From: Eledone cirrhosa
Taxonomy: Eukaryota
Direction of reading: 5' to 3'
DNA: 64,000 nucleotides
Assembly (NCBI GenBank): GCA_964016885.1
Contig: OZ024740.1
Location: forward strand, 336,846,001-336,910,000
The first letter of the stretch is position 1; every line of letters begins with the position of its first letter. A program made the position numbers and the translations under genes. This document shows positions 28,186 through 41,700 of the stretch, one piece after another. Below the pieces are notes generated by a model. The model ran no database searches. It was given only the letters and a program-made list of their open reading frames with translations, and had not been told where the DNA came from.

Positions 28186-30336
28186 GTGATGTTGATGGAT
28201 GTGAAAATGAGTACTCAATACTGAAGGGGAGTTTAAATATTCTTTATTATGGCTATGTGATGAGTCTGTTACTCTGCGATTTCACCTGTATACTACACAG
28301 GGGACACTCAAGAGGAGTAACAAGACATTATTTAGACATAATAAAGAATGTGTGTGGGTAATATAGTTCAAGGAGACAACAAACATAGCTACAAAAAGTC
28401 TTATTAGTTTCACGCTTTATATTGGAAAGAGATAGTGAAAGGTAACACATTAAAATACCTTAAAAACAATGTAAACAAACATCAGGAACAAATTACAAAG
28501 AATGCTGTGAGTTTAACAGTGAAAAGAAGAGAAATAAGAGTAGGTTCAACATTTCAAACCTTAGTCCTTCATCAAGAAAGAAAAAAATAGAATAGAGAGT
28601 GAGAGGTGAAGAGAAAGAAGTTAGGAGAAAGAAAAAAGAGAAAATTGGAAAGAGAGTGAAGAGGGGAGTGGTGGCACCAGGACGGGTGTGTGTGTGTGCA
28701 AGAATGTGGAATGAACATGTTTTTCATAGGTATGTGTGTGTACTATACTGTACTTCATAGTACATCTATAGATTTTTAGCCAACACTATATGCATGGACT
28801 TATAGTTAATAGCATTCCAGCCACAAGCACTCCTTACTCTTAAAGTATTGCGCATCTAGAACTTTATTATTCAATGTTTTTGTGTTTTCATGACAGTAGT
28901 ATGTACTGTACAGGAGTTCGCTGCCATTTTGATCAGGTCAAGTAACCACAGAGATGCTCCTTCATTGGCATTTACAATACTCTGCTATTATATTTTCATG
29001 GTAAAGGCTTTATTTCACATAATATTGAATCTACGAGATTTTGAAGATGTATTATTTATTTTGAGAACAATACCTTAATGTTAGTATGAGTGGCCAGTTA
29101 CAGCCAGTTTGAACAGAAAGAGGTGAGAGAATTCTGGCCAGATATGGCCAGTTTAAATGCTAAAGGGTTAAGTCAGAGAAAAGCATCATGTCAATTGAGC
29201 AACTACATATTTCATTTTACTCTCATCCTTCACAATCATGAAATGAATAATCAATATCTAATTCAACAAGAAAATATTTCACAATGCTTTTATTTTAATC
29301 ATTTAGTCAGCAAGAAAAGGCATCCAAAACAACTGGGAGGGAGGGAGGCATGGAAAAAAATATCCGCCTTTTTTTTGAAAATTGCGTAATGATTCTGAGA
29401 TGAAATAAATTTGGGGAACCATTGTTTATTTCATCGCAGAATAGTTATGCAATTTTCAAAAAAATAACATTAACCCTTTAAAATTTAAACTGGTCATATC
29501 CGGCCAGAATTCTCTCACCTCTTTCTGTTCAAACCAGCCATAACCAGCCACTCATACTGACATTAAGGTATTGTTCTCAAAATAAATAATAACATCATCA
29601 AATTCTCATAGATTCCATTTATGTGAGATAAAGCCTTTACCATGAAAATTGAATAGTAATGTAAATGTTAAAGGGTTAATAAAACGTTAAATGAAACAAA
29701 ATGTGTTATAGAGGGAGAATTTATGACATAGAAAAAACAACAAATAATCTTGCAGAACCCTATCAGGGATGATAGATTAGCAGAATTATTAAACCTTGTG
29801 GTGCCTATTTCATATCTGTGAGTTCTGAATTCAAATCCTACCTCCTGTCACTAAAAAGAAATGGTGACACTTCTGCCAGGAGTTGCAACCAACAGATAGT
29901 ATCAGCAATGGGAAAGACCAATTGAGACAGACTGTCTTAAATTGATATGAAGGAGATCTGTGATCTTCTGATTGATCAACACCACCATCATCATCCTCAT
30001 GTGTTTGTTTTCCATGACGGCATGCATTGGATGAGCCATTACAGTCTGAATTAGTTATTATTCATAATTACTATCCTCCTAGACAGATTAAGGAACCATG
30101 CCATGTGTGTATGTTCCAATTTTAGCATGGCTTTTACAGCTGGATGCCCTTCCTAATACCAACCACTTTATAGAGTGTACTGGGCACATTTTATTGTGAC
30201 ATCAGAACTAGAGAAGTGGTTATATCCTAAGCATGACTAATAATATATATATATATATATACATAAATAGAATATATCTAAATTACCATACAGATTAAGG
30301 AAATATTTTTTTATTTTTAGATTATCCCAACCTTAC

Positions 30337-30403
30337 CATCTGACCCTAGATAATCATAATCCACAAAAAAAGTTATAATCCATGGATTAAAAATGGAAGG
30401 CAT
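30337..30403 (-). CDS. SREBF: Candidate SREBP first coding exon (MPSIFNPWIITFFVDYDYLGSD-D)
   Basis: ATG at 30403 is open to a strong donor GATG|gtaagg in phase 1, the phase required by the 17634 acceptor. It yields an acidic ...DYDYLGSDDMIKY junction. No homology check was possible. Confidence 0.35.
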
Positions 30404-30628
30404 TTAATAAGAATTATTTACTATACTGATAATGATTATGATGAATTAGCTGGGAAGGGGGGACAAATAAATAACACAAGTGGTTGTTGCTCCTGGCAAT
30501 AGGTTAGTGTAGTTCAGAGACAAGGAAATAAAAGAGTGATAAACATTAATAAACATAAAGCATTCTTTTTCTCAATTACATGCCTACTGCCCCCACACAC
30601 ATAAATATATATATTTGGGGGGGGGGGG

Positions 30629-30670
30629 GTCTGATGACCCTGTGATAAGCAGGAGAAACTCCAGAGTAAC
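30629..30670 (+). ncRNA. Degenerate minimal hammerhead
   Basis: GU-CUGAUGA-C-CCUG ugauaag CAGG-A-GAAACUC ca GAGUA-AC. Stem I is reduced to 2 bp by a poly-G run. Confidence 0.55.
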
Positions 30671-30805
30671 AAGACTCACTCTTTAGCCATAATAATAATG
30701 AATATTAAAACTCTACTTTGATATTGAGTACTCCCATCTCTCAACCGTCAACTACAAATATATATCTATATATGGTCCATCTGGTTCCTTACCACACCTC
30801 CTTCG

Positions 30806-30872
<67 letters not shown>

Positions 30873-31259
30873 AATATAAATGAAACAGATTGATGTTAGA
30901 AAATTAAGATATAAATTTCAGCTCTCAAATTTAATAATATATCTAAACTAGCTTGTACATATATAGGCTACGTGTGCTATACACAAGACATTGGCAGAGC
31001 CTTTCCATGGTGCCTTAATCTGCTAAAAATAATAGCCAACTCTCCTTCAAACCAGACAGTACTGTCATAAAATGAAGAACATATTGAACAATGTTATGCT
31101 ATATATACAAATAGACATGATTGTCATGGCAACGATAATCTCTGACCAAGCTAAATAACACACGCTATACATATGCGTAATTACATACACATATGAATAC
31201 ACACACACACACACACACAACATATATATTGTAAACTTTCTTTTTTATTTCAGACATGA

Positions 31260-32790
31260 AAAGCAAACACCAATTCACCTCCTGCTCCTCTCCTCGAGTA
31301 TTCGTCTTCTTCTCCCTCCTACAGTGAACTCCAAAACATCAGAGCTGTCACCAGCAATGTAGATACAATGAAAGGAAGAACAGGAGAGATTGTAGGGATA
31401 CTGGAGCAAAAAACGGTGCTACAAATTTTTCTGGGTGAACAATGACAACCGGCTGAGTGGAGTAGATATTATGTTAGCAGAAAAATAGGTAGAGACGGTA
31501 ATTTTTGTAAATAGAGTGAACGGCAGAATCATTAAACTTTGACTAGTATTAAATAGTACACTGTAACAATTAGGACTGTCAGACAAACAAAAAGAGGGGT
31601 TTTACGAATCCCTAATGCACACTTCTTCCCTAATGAGTGCCAGTGACTTCATAATTATTGCAGGCAACATTAAAGGGCATGTTGGACATATAGGGTCCAG
31701 GGAAGTTTGGGGTTTAGCGCAAGAAATAAGGAAGATTTTAGGCTTCTGGAATCCTGCAACTTCAATGATCTATCTATCTGTAACACAAACTTCAAAAAAC
31801 CAGACAACCACTTGATCAGCTATAGTTCAGGTGAGCATGCCTCACCGGAAGACAAAATAGAGTGACAGTTGTAAACAGTCCCTCCCTAGTGAGGAATACA
31901 CCTCCCAGCATAATATAGCAATTAGAGACTTTATAGTTATGGCTAGACGAACTTGAAGACAGGGGAACCTGGAAGAGAAGGATATGGAAGTTGAAGGAGC
32001 CCTCAGCCAGTAGCAAATTTAGAGGAATTTTGCTTCGTTTGACACTTAACAGTAAGGAAAAATAAATGAAGACAATCAATATAGAGGAGCAGTGGGAGTT
32101 CCTGTAAAATAACCTGCTGAAGGTGACAAACAAGATCTGTAACTAGAGCAGGGCTTCCAGAAGAAGGAGAGTGATTTGGTGGTAAAATAGTAAAGTAGAT
32201 GAGACATGCATGGAAAGAATGACAGAATGGGGAGAGCAGAGAACACTACCAGGAAGTGGATCTCAAGTAGGCTAGCAAAGAATGTAGGTTTTACATGTGG
32301 CTGTTGCACAGGAGCAGTAAGCAACAAACACCAACAGGGAACAAGCACTTTCAAATTCTTGGCAGGTTCCATAGAAGCAATGGACAGCTTCTGTTACCTG
32401 TGTGATCAAATTAGCAGTGGAGATGGGTGTTCTGAAAGTATAGTAACCAGAGTGAGAACAGAATGGAAAAGGTTTAGAGAGTTACTGCTGCTGCTAGCTA
32501 CAAAAGGTTTACTCAAATGGAAAGCAGATTGTATGATACTTATGTACAAATAATTGTTTCTACTTTAGGCACAAGGCCAGCAATTACCCAGTACATTACT
32601 GGTACTTTATTTTATCGACCCCGTAAGGATGAAAGGCAAAGTTAACCTCGGCGGGATTTGAACTCAGACTGTAAAGGGATGTAACTATGCTAGAAAGCAT
32701 GGCGTCCAACCCTCTACCAATACTGCAAATAATGTTGTATGATAGCGAGACCTGGGCACTGCGTGCAGAGGACTTACAAAGATTGGTGTG
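31260..32790 (+). mobile_element. Old, internally deleted RTE relic with a SINE inserted at ~32551-32728
   Basis: Frameshifted APE remnants (DFIIIAGNIKGHVG) and post-RT remnants ([27 protein letters not shown]). Confidence 0.85.
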
Positions 32791-32849
32791 TTGCATACGC
32801 AACCCTGATGAGTTAACATTTTTACCATAAGTATATCTATTTATATATT

Positions 32850-32955
<106 letters not shown>

Positions 32956-34986
32956 TGCTAGAATACAGCATAGTACAAATGTCTATTTATTTAATTATGT
33001 CACCAATCATATGGACATCATAAAAATTAAACTATTTCAGGTATTTTCTATATTCTGTATGACATATAGCACTGCTATAGCAATGTTCTTCTGTACATAG
33101 AATCATAGTTGGAAGTATTTACACTTCACACGTCATTCTTTTACTGCAAGTAATAAATCTATTTAAAGTTTACCTGTATATATATATACACACACACACA
33201 CGCACGAGTGTTAGTGTGTGTATAAGTATATATAGACACACACACAATCTCTTCCTTCTCTTTCACACTCTTTGATACAAACTATCTAAGTGTGCTAAAT
33301 TGATAAAATGCTAATAAAAGATGGAAGACAACATTGAAATGCTGTGGAAAGTTACACCAAATTTATGAAATGACAATTTTTATCTCATTCAACAGTATCA
33401 AAACACCAAGAAAGCACAGCTACTTAACACACAATTAAATAACTACAATACTGCCACTTGGTTATTGGGTGCCTTCAGAATTCATTCTGTTGTAGATATT
33501 CATACAAAAACCCTCAGTTCCCTTCGAGCATTTTATTTCTCTCCACTTTTCCATGCTATCACAGGTTAGACGAGACATTTTTTCAAGACAATAATTCTTG
33601 ATGCCCTTCTAGATGTCAACCCTTGAACATTTTTTAACATTCACCAATTAACCCTTTAGCATTTAAACCAGCTATATCCAGCCACAATTCTCTTACCTCT
33701 TTCTGTTCAAACCGGCCATAACCGGTCTTTCATACCAACGTTAAGGTATTGTTCTCAAAATAGATAATATCAAAATCTTATAGAGTCGATATTATATGAG
33801 ATAATTATGTGAGGGTAAAGCCTTTACCATGAAAATACAGTAGTAAATGCTAATGAGTTAATTTGTATTATCGATACATGTACATCTCACTCCCATCCTT
33901 AGGCCTAAAAAAACACTAGAAAAATTGCAACATTCCATCTCATACAATAAATCATTACATACCAGTGTGCAGTGTAATCCTCAACTAGGCAGAGTCATGG
34001 TACATCTAGAGCAATAGATTTGTTGACCAAGGGATCTGGTGAATTCTTCTAGATACAATTAATTTACAACAATCCATCTACATTAGGTTTAGGGTAAGAA
34101 ATAATCTTTGCATATAAATTGCTTTTGTAAATGAATTTGCATAGAATTGTTGGTCCAAATTGTCATTCAACTAACTACAAACATGCCAGAAGTAAGTCTG
34201 CTTGACCTAGGTTGCATATCAACAACAATAAAAATACAATTATATACCCAGATAAATGGTTTATACAATTATGCACACACATAAAAACCCGAATATATAT
34301 ATTTATAACTTAATTTGATGTCTAACTAGAATAGAAACTCATGGAAATATTGAAACCAGACACACAATCCTCATCAACTCTGCCACCACCATTGTTATTA
34401 CCATCTCCATCATCATCCAGATTTTAATGCTTTTTTAGTCAATGCAGAAAGATCACCACCATAGCATCTATTTATGTGTGTTATACTGATCAAAGAAAAA
34501 TAATATTTACTAAGTGGTAAATATTAGAAGTTAGCTAACAGTAGTCTTTGACACAAGCCAGGAAGATAACACTGAACATTTCTGAATTATTAGACATCAT
34601 CAAGAGAAGCATAGTTTTGGCTTTGCTCACTGGAACTGTAGCAACTGTTATCTAGGAATCATCATTTTATGGTCACTTTCCATGCTGACATGGGTTTGAA
34701 TGGTCATTACAGTCTGAGTTACTGCCTTCTTAGACAGGTGAGAGGACCACATCACATTCATATGTCCCAGTTTTGGCATGGTTTTTATGGCAGGATGCTC
34801 TTCCTAATGCCAACCATTTTTCAGAGTGTACTGTGTGGAAGTTATTGTGGCACCAGCACAAGAGAGGTTGTCAAGTTTTCAACATGACTAAAGAGTATTC
34901 TCTCCTCTACTTTGTCCATATTCAATTATCAATCAATTTACAGAGTATACTGTGGGCATTTTATTGCAGCACCACACTAGAAAGTG

Positions 34987-35604
34987 TACTGACAGTGTGT
35001 GCTTGACCAATGGACATTAATAGTGAAACTTGAAACATATTTAAGCAGGCATCTGTGACAGGAGCCAATTATGCATGAAAAGCCTTTTTCTCTTTCAACT
35101 TTTGGAAGCTCATCTATTTTCCATAAAGAGGTGCTGACCACATATTTAATGTGGCAATTGGGGAAAATACATATTAGTGGGTTAGCTAATGTTATTTGGC
35201 TGAGTAAACTAAAGAGACAACTCTGAACATTTCTGACTACACTTCATCAATTCTTCTGCTGTTAAAAACATTAGAAATAATTAAACTCACATTTTTGTTA
35301 ACTAAAGGCGCAATCAGCTTTCCTTTATAATTAAACTATCAATTAATCTCATTTACCAGCAGCACTCAATGCTTTAATGAACATTCTTCACTGTCACATT
35401 TGCTTTGAAAGAACGGGGACTGCAGAGAGCGAAAAGGCTGCTTCGGCGTTGCTGAGGATACCACTTTATGGAAAATAGATTAGCTTCCAAAGGTTCGAAG
35501 AGAAAAAGGCTTTTCATGCAATATTGGCCCCTAACACAGATGCCTGCTTAAATATATTTCAAGTTTCAATGTTAGCGTCCGTGGGTCAAGCATACACAGT
35601 CAGT
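34987..35604. mobile_element. Non-autonomous DNA element with ~140-bp imperfect terminal inverted repeats
   Basis: 34987-35131 is the diverged reverse complement of 35461-35604. Confidence 0.75.
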
Positions 35605-35885
35605 TTATATACATCTTATCATTCAGCCTTTGTGTCTTGAATAAACATTTATATATGTGTGCTTATTATTTATTTATACATCAACAGGTTCAGCTGATAT
35701 TAGCTAGATTGCTAGCTGTAAAGAGGATAAACAAGTACACCAGTATGGACCAATATCGGGTTATGGTAGGAGAGGGAAGAAAGTAAACTTACAAGAGGTT
35801 AGCTTTAGAAGCCTGGGGTCTAAGAGATGAAATATCTCATAATATAGAATTAAACAGCAGGGTAAAAGCAGATGTTAAAGCAATG

Positions 35886-35959
<74 letters not shown>

Positions 35960-36004
35960 ATATATATACACATACACACACACACACTTTTGCTTTAACA
36001 TCTG

Positions 36005-36046
<42 letters not shown>

Positions 36047-36504
36047 CACAGTTATCTATATATAAACATACATACATCTAAAACTGTATACAAGCATGTG
36101 TTAAGCAATAACAAATAGACAACCTCAAACTAAGACAAGCAGAGAAAAATAAATAATATCGAAATGTCTCTTCCTCAAATTTATGTGTGTGAGTGTGAGT
36201 CATAATTATCTTGTATTAAAAACCCAAGAATTAGAAGGGGAATATCACAGAAAACAAAATTTGTCCAGCAGTGTTGAAAAAATCTCACCATCCTGTGCCA
36301 AAAATAAATGTTCATCTCTATACATTCATATAGAAGTTATATCACCTTCAGCCTTATTTTATGTTTTCCATGGAAGATTTTTTTTTAGAGGCAGTTTTTC
36401 TATGGTAAGATACACATCCTGATACCTAACTATAAACAAATATCACAGTTTGCTTTGAAATGGTGTCAATATAAACACTCAGTAACTGAAACTTAAACAA
36501 ACAC

Positions 36505-36566
<62 letters not shown>

Positions 36567-36587
36567 CTGCTTTCACCCTTAACGGGA

Positions 36588-37030
36588 TCTTCTATATAAA
36601 TATATATAAATATCTCATAACATATATATAAAGTTGTATTCCTGTCTGTCTGTTTATTCACGAACTACTCCTATGGTTTTGGAGATAGACCCCCCCATAA
36701 CCATATATATTCTGAAACTACATTGCCCAAGCTACTTGGATAAGTATATTTCATTTTAATTAAAGGGTTCCCGGGGGCACAAAACCCCCCGCTGAAAATG
36801 TTTTCCTTTCGATTTATATGAAATTTAAACCATAGGTAAATGACAAGATATGGTGCCCATTCACAAAATTTCAGCAAATTTCAATAATATTAAGACACCT
36901 TAATACTCCTATGGTTTTGGAGATAGACCCCCATAATCATTATATAATCTGAAACTATATTGCCCAAGGTACTGGGATAAGTATATTTCATTTTAATCAA
37001 AGGGTTGCCGGGGGCAAAAAATCTCCTATT
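36588..37030 (+). mobile_element. Helitron-like 5' fragment with an internal ~240-bp-period duplication
   Basis: TATATATAAAG...CTGTCTGTCTG start. ACTCCTATGGTTTTGGAGATAGACCCCC...CCGGGGGCA is repeated at ~36667 and ~36904. Confidence 0.5.
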
Positions 37031-37057
37031 AGACTTCCCCATTGCGTCTTTTCTGTG

Positions 37058-37745
37058 TGTGGACAGAAAAGACGCAATGTTTAGGCAAATTACAGAGGCA
37101 GTAAGCATAAAAGAATTAAAACCAAAATTAAATAGAAAATATGAGTGGAACAGCAACATCACAACTTACAATTAAGGACAAAATGAAAACACACACAGGA
37201 CAAAATGAAAACACACACACACATAGAACAAACAACTTACAATTAAGGACAAAATGAAAACACACACAGGACAAAATGAAAACACACACACACATAGAAC
37301 AAACAACCAACCAACAATAAATAAATAAATAAATAAATAAACAAATAGATAAATGAACACAAACACACACAGACACCCGGATGTGGCGCATGCGCAAACT
37401 GAGCACACAACACACACACAGAAACAAAATGGCGTAGGATAGAAGAAAGGAAAGGCACAGAAACAAAGAAAGGAATCCCCAGTCACTGAAGAGGTCACAG
37501 AGTGTGTGACGAAAGGACTATGACTATATATAAACAACTATCTGGTTGTGGAACCAACCAACCAACCAGAAATTTATAAGTTTGTGGATTTGTAAATTTA
37601 TAAATTTATAAATATATAATAAATTGAAGTGAAAGCAATTGGTGCGTGTGTTTCTTATTGGCAACATGACCCTCCCAAAGTATAACAATATCGGTTTCAA
37701 CACACGATTTCAGATAAAGAATCTTGCTAAACAAATTCAGAAACG
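37058..37745 (+). mobile_element. 3' fragment of another Penelope-like element (GIY-YIG C-terminus + pseudo-LTR)
   Basis: VDRKDAMFRQITEAVSIKELKPKLNRKYEW fits the EAxxIxxxxPxLN motif. It is followed by a 71-bp tandem duplication and a hammerhead. Confidence 0.7.
37481..37525 (+). ncRNA. Minimal type I hammerhead in a Penelope pseudo-LTR
   Basis: AGUCA-CUGAAGA-G-GUCACA gagug UGUGAC-GAAA-GGAC-UA-UGACU. Confidence 0.78.
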
Positions 37746-37815
37746 AAATATATATATATACATATATATATAAATATATATACATATATATATATATATA
37801 TAAATATATATATAC

Positions 37816-37848
<33 letters not shown>

Positions 37849-38131
37849 AATATATATATACATATATATATACATATATATATATATACATACATATATA
37901 TATATATACATATATATATACACATATATATACATATATATATATATACATATATATATATACACATATATATACATATATATATATACATATATATATA
38001 TACATATATATATACACATATATATACATATATATATATACATATATATATACACATATATATACATATATACATATATATACATATATACATACATATA
38101 TATATATACATATATATACATATATACATAC

Positions 38132-38186
<55 letters not shown>

Positions 38187-38399
38187 CATATATATATATA
38201 CATATATATATATACATATATATACATATATATATATACATATATATATACATATATATACATATATATATATACATATATATATATATACATATATATA
38301 TATACATGTATATATATACATATACATATATATATATACATGTATATATATACATATCCATATATATATATCCATATATATATATCCATATATATATAC

Positions 38400-38454
<55 letters not shown>

Positions 38455-38471
38455 CATATATATATTTATCC

Positions 38472-38525
<54 letters not shown>

Positions 38526-38799
38526 TTTTCCTTCAATGGTATAATGTAACGTACACATTTTTCTAACTTTTCTAACATCCGCTTAATTTCATAGTCCTTC
38601 CAAACCCTATAGCATTTCTATCCTCATTCCAATTCTTGTTCCCTACTAGCCATTCCATCCTATTTCCTATGTATCCTATCTCGTATTTTCCAAAACAAAT
38701 CTTGTATTTCGTCATTTCATGTTAAATACGAAAATTTTTGGCGTATTTTACTAAACAAATCTTGAATTTTTGTTTGTTAAATACGAGGATCTCACTTAA

Positions 38800-41700
38800 A
38801 CCTATTCTTCTCGCTAACAACTCAACACCACTCCCTCCCGCCCCCACGCACCACCATTATTATTACGTGGACCAATCATAAGCCAGAGGCCTATACTATC
38901 GCTTACCTGGTCGCCTTCGATATGTAGGATGGAAGGACTACGGAGTTCCGGAGAGTTGAAGAGAGAAAAATCTGGACGCTCAGCGACAATGCCAAAGATA
39001 AAGACAAACACACCTCGTGGACGAGAATGCGAGCATTCCTCTTTGTTTCGGCCGCGGGTGGCCAACATAACCCTATCTCCCCCCGCTCCCCACCGTTCCC
39101 ACCCTCCAAACGCAATCCAAAACTTCAGAGTTGGTACCTTGAATGTAGGCACCTTAAAGGGTCACTCTAACGAGGTTGTAGAAATGCTTGAACGTAAGGA
39201 GGTCGATGTTTGCTGTATTCAAGAGACCAGGTGGAGGGGTGGATCTGCTAGATTCATTGTGGGTAGAAAACGATGCTATAAGCTTTTCTGGGTGGGAAAT
39301 GACAATGGGCTGGGTGGAGTAGGAATCATGGTAGCAGAAAAGTGGGCAGATAAGATAATAGACGTAAATAGAGTGAACGACAGAATAATTAAAATAAGAC
39401 TTGTCCTCAATAGAACTACGGTGACAGTAATATCCGCGTACGCACCCCAATCCGGACTGCCCAGCACTATAAAAGACAGATTCTATGAGACACTGATGCT
39501 CACTACCTCCCAAATAACCGACAGTGACTATATAATTATTGCAGGCGACCTAAATGGTCACGTTGGACAACATTGTGACGGCTACGACGAAATCCATGGC
39601 GGCTATGGGTTTGGTACTAGAAATGAGGAAGGCTCCAGAATCCTGGAATTCTGTGACGCAAATAACCTAACTATCTGCAACACTAACTTCAAAAAACGAG
39701 ACAATCACTTGATCACCTACAGATCAGAGGAACATACCAGCCAGGTAGATTATATCCTTACCAGGAGACGTGACAGAGTGACTGTTGTAAACACTAAATC
39801 CCTCCCCCATGAAGAATGCACCTCCCAACATAGACTGATAATTAGTGACCTAATAGTCAGGACGAGACGTACTAGACAACAGAAGAGGACTATCCTCAGG
39901 AGAAAAATATGGAAGCTAAAGGACCCCACAGCCAAAAATAAATTTCAAAGCATATTACTTGATGCTTTCGACAGTAAGGAAGAGCATTTAGAGTCGGACA
40001 ATATAGAGGGACAGTGGGAATTTCTGAAAGCAAACCTACTGATGGCGACAGATGAAGTCTGTGGCTGGAGCAGGCCTGTTGGCAGGAGGAGAGTAACTTG
40101 GTGGTGGAACAGTAAGGTGGAGGAGTCAATCAAGGCCAAAAAGCAGGCTTGGAAAGTAGGGCGGGCTGGAGGAAGTAGAGAAGACTATCAAGTGGCCAAG
40201 AGGGAAGCTAGGGGACAAGTGTACTTCGCAAGAAGGGAAGCAGAGGAAAGAAAGTTCAAGCATGTTCTACAACGCGAGGACCAAAAACGTGAGGTGTTCA
40301 GGATTGCTAGGCAATGTGTCAAGGAAAACAGTGATATTGTCGGGGAGAAGTGTGTACTTAATGATGACGGCGTACTTGCCATCACCGACGCTGATAAGAA
40401 GGTAGCTTGGAAGTGTCAGTATGAAAGGCTACTAAATGAGGAGAATAAATGGGAGAAAGACAGTCTCCCCCACATCGACCCAATAGAGAGACCAGCAGTG
40501 TTAGTCGAGGGTAGTATAATAAGTAAGGCAATCAAAGATATGAAGACGGGTAAGGCGGCTGGGCCTTCGGAAATAGTTGCCGAGATGCTGAAGGCATCTG
40601 GTACGGTGGGACACACCATGGTCACCCGGATAGTCAACCAAGTCATACAGAATGGGGCTGTTCCGAAGGACTGGCGTAGCAGCATCATCGTTAACTGTTA
40701 TAAGGGTAAAGGAGATGCCCTAGATAGGAGTAACTATAGAGGCATTAAATTAATCGACCAGGTCATGAAGGTCACGGAAAAAGTAATAGCGCAACTAGTC
40801 AGAGAGCGAATTGATCTAGATGAAATGCAGTTCGGGTTTGTGTCAGGAAAAAGTACCACAGACGCTCTTTTCATTGTACGACAACTACAGGAGAAGTACC
40901 TAGCTAAAAGTAAACCCCTATACTTAGCTTTCGTCGACTTGGAGAAAGCCTTCGACAGAGTCCCCCGTTCCATTATCTGGTGGGCTCTTAGAAAACTAGG
41001 TGTTGATGAATGGCTTGTGAGAGCTATACAAGCCATGTATAAAGAAACAGTCAGCAAGGTTAGAATTAACAACGAATATAGTGAAGAGTTTAGTGTAAAA
41101 GTTGGTGTTCATCAGGGCTCTGTTCTTAGCCCCCTACTATTTATTATTGCCCTCCAGGCTATAACAGTGGAGTTCAAGACCGGCTGCCCATGGGAACTCC
41201 TATACGCAGATGATCTAACGCTCATAGCTGAAACAATGGCCGAGCTAGAGAAGAAATTCCAAACATGGAAGCACGGCCTAGAATCAAAAGGCCTTAAAAT
41301 TAACCTGGCTAAGACTAAAGTTCTAGTTTGTAAGAAAGAAAATAAGGCTGCGGTCCCCTCCGGGAAGTGGCCATGCTCAGAGTGTAGGAAAGGCGTAGGT
41401 AGAAACTCCATTTTGTGTCCCAAATGCAAAGTTTGGGTGCATAAAAGATGTAGTGGGATCACAGGTAAGCTAACTAAGAACATTGATTTTACATGTGGCC
41501 GGTGTTCTGGGGCAATAAGTAGCAGCAAGTGCCCACAAAATACTAGCTCTTTCAACTGCGCAGAGGGTTCTATAGAAATAGTGGACAGCTTCCGTTACCT
41601 GGGTGACAAAATCAGCAGTGGGGGAGGGTGCTCTGAAAGTACAGTAGCTAGAGTCAGAACTGGGTGGAAAAAGTTCAGAGAGCTCATACCACTATTAGCC

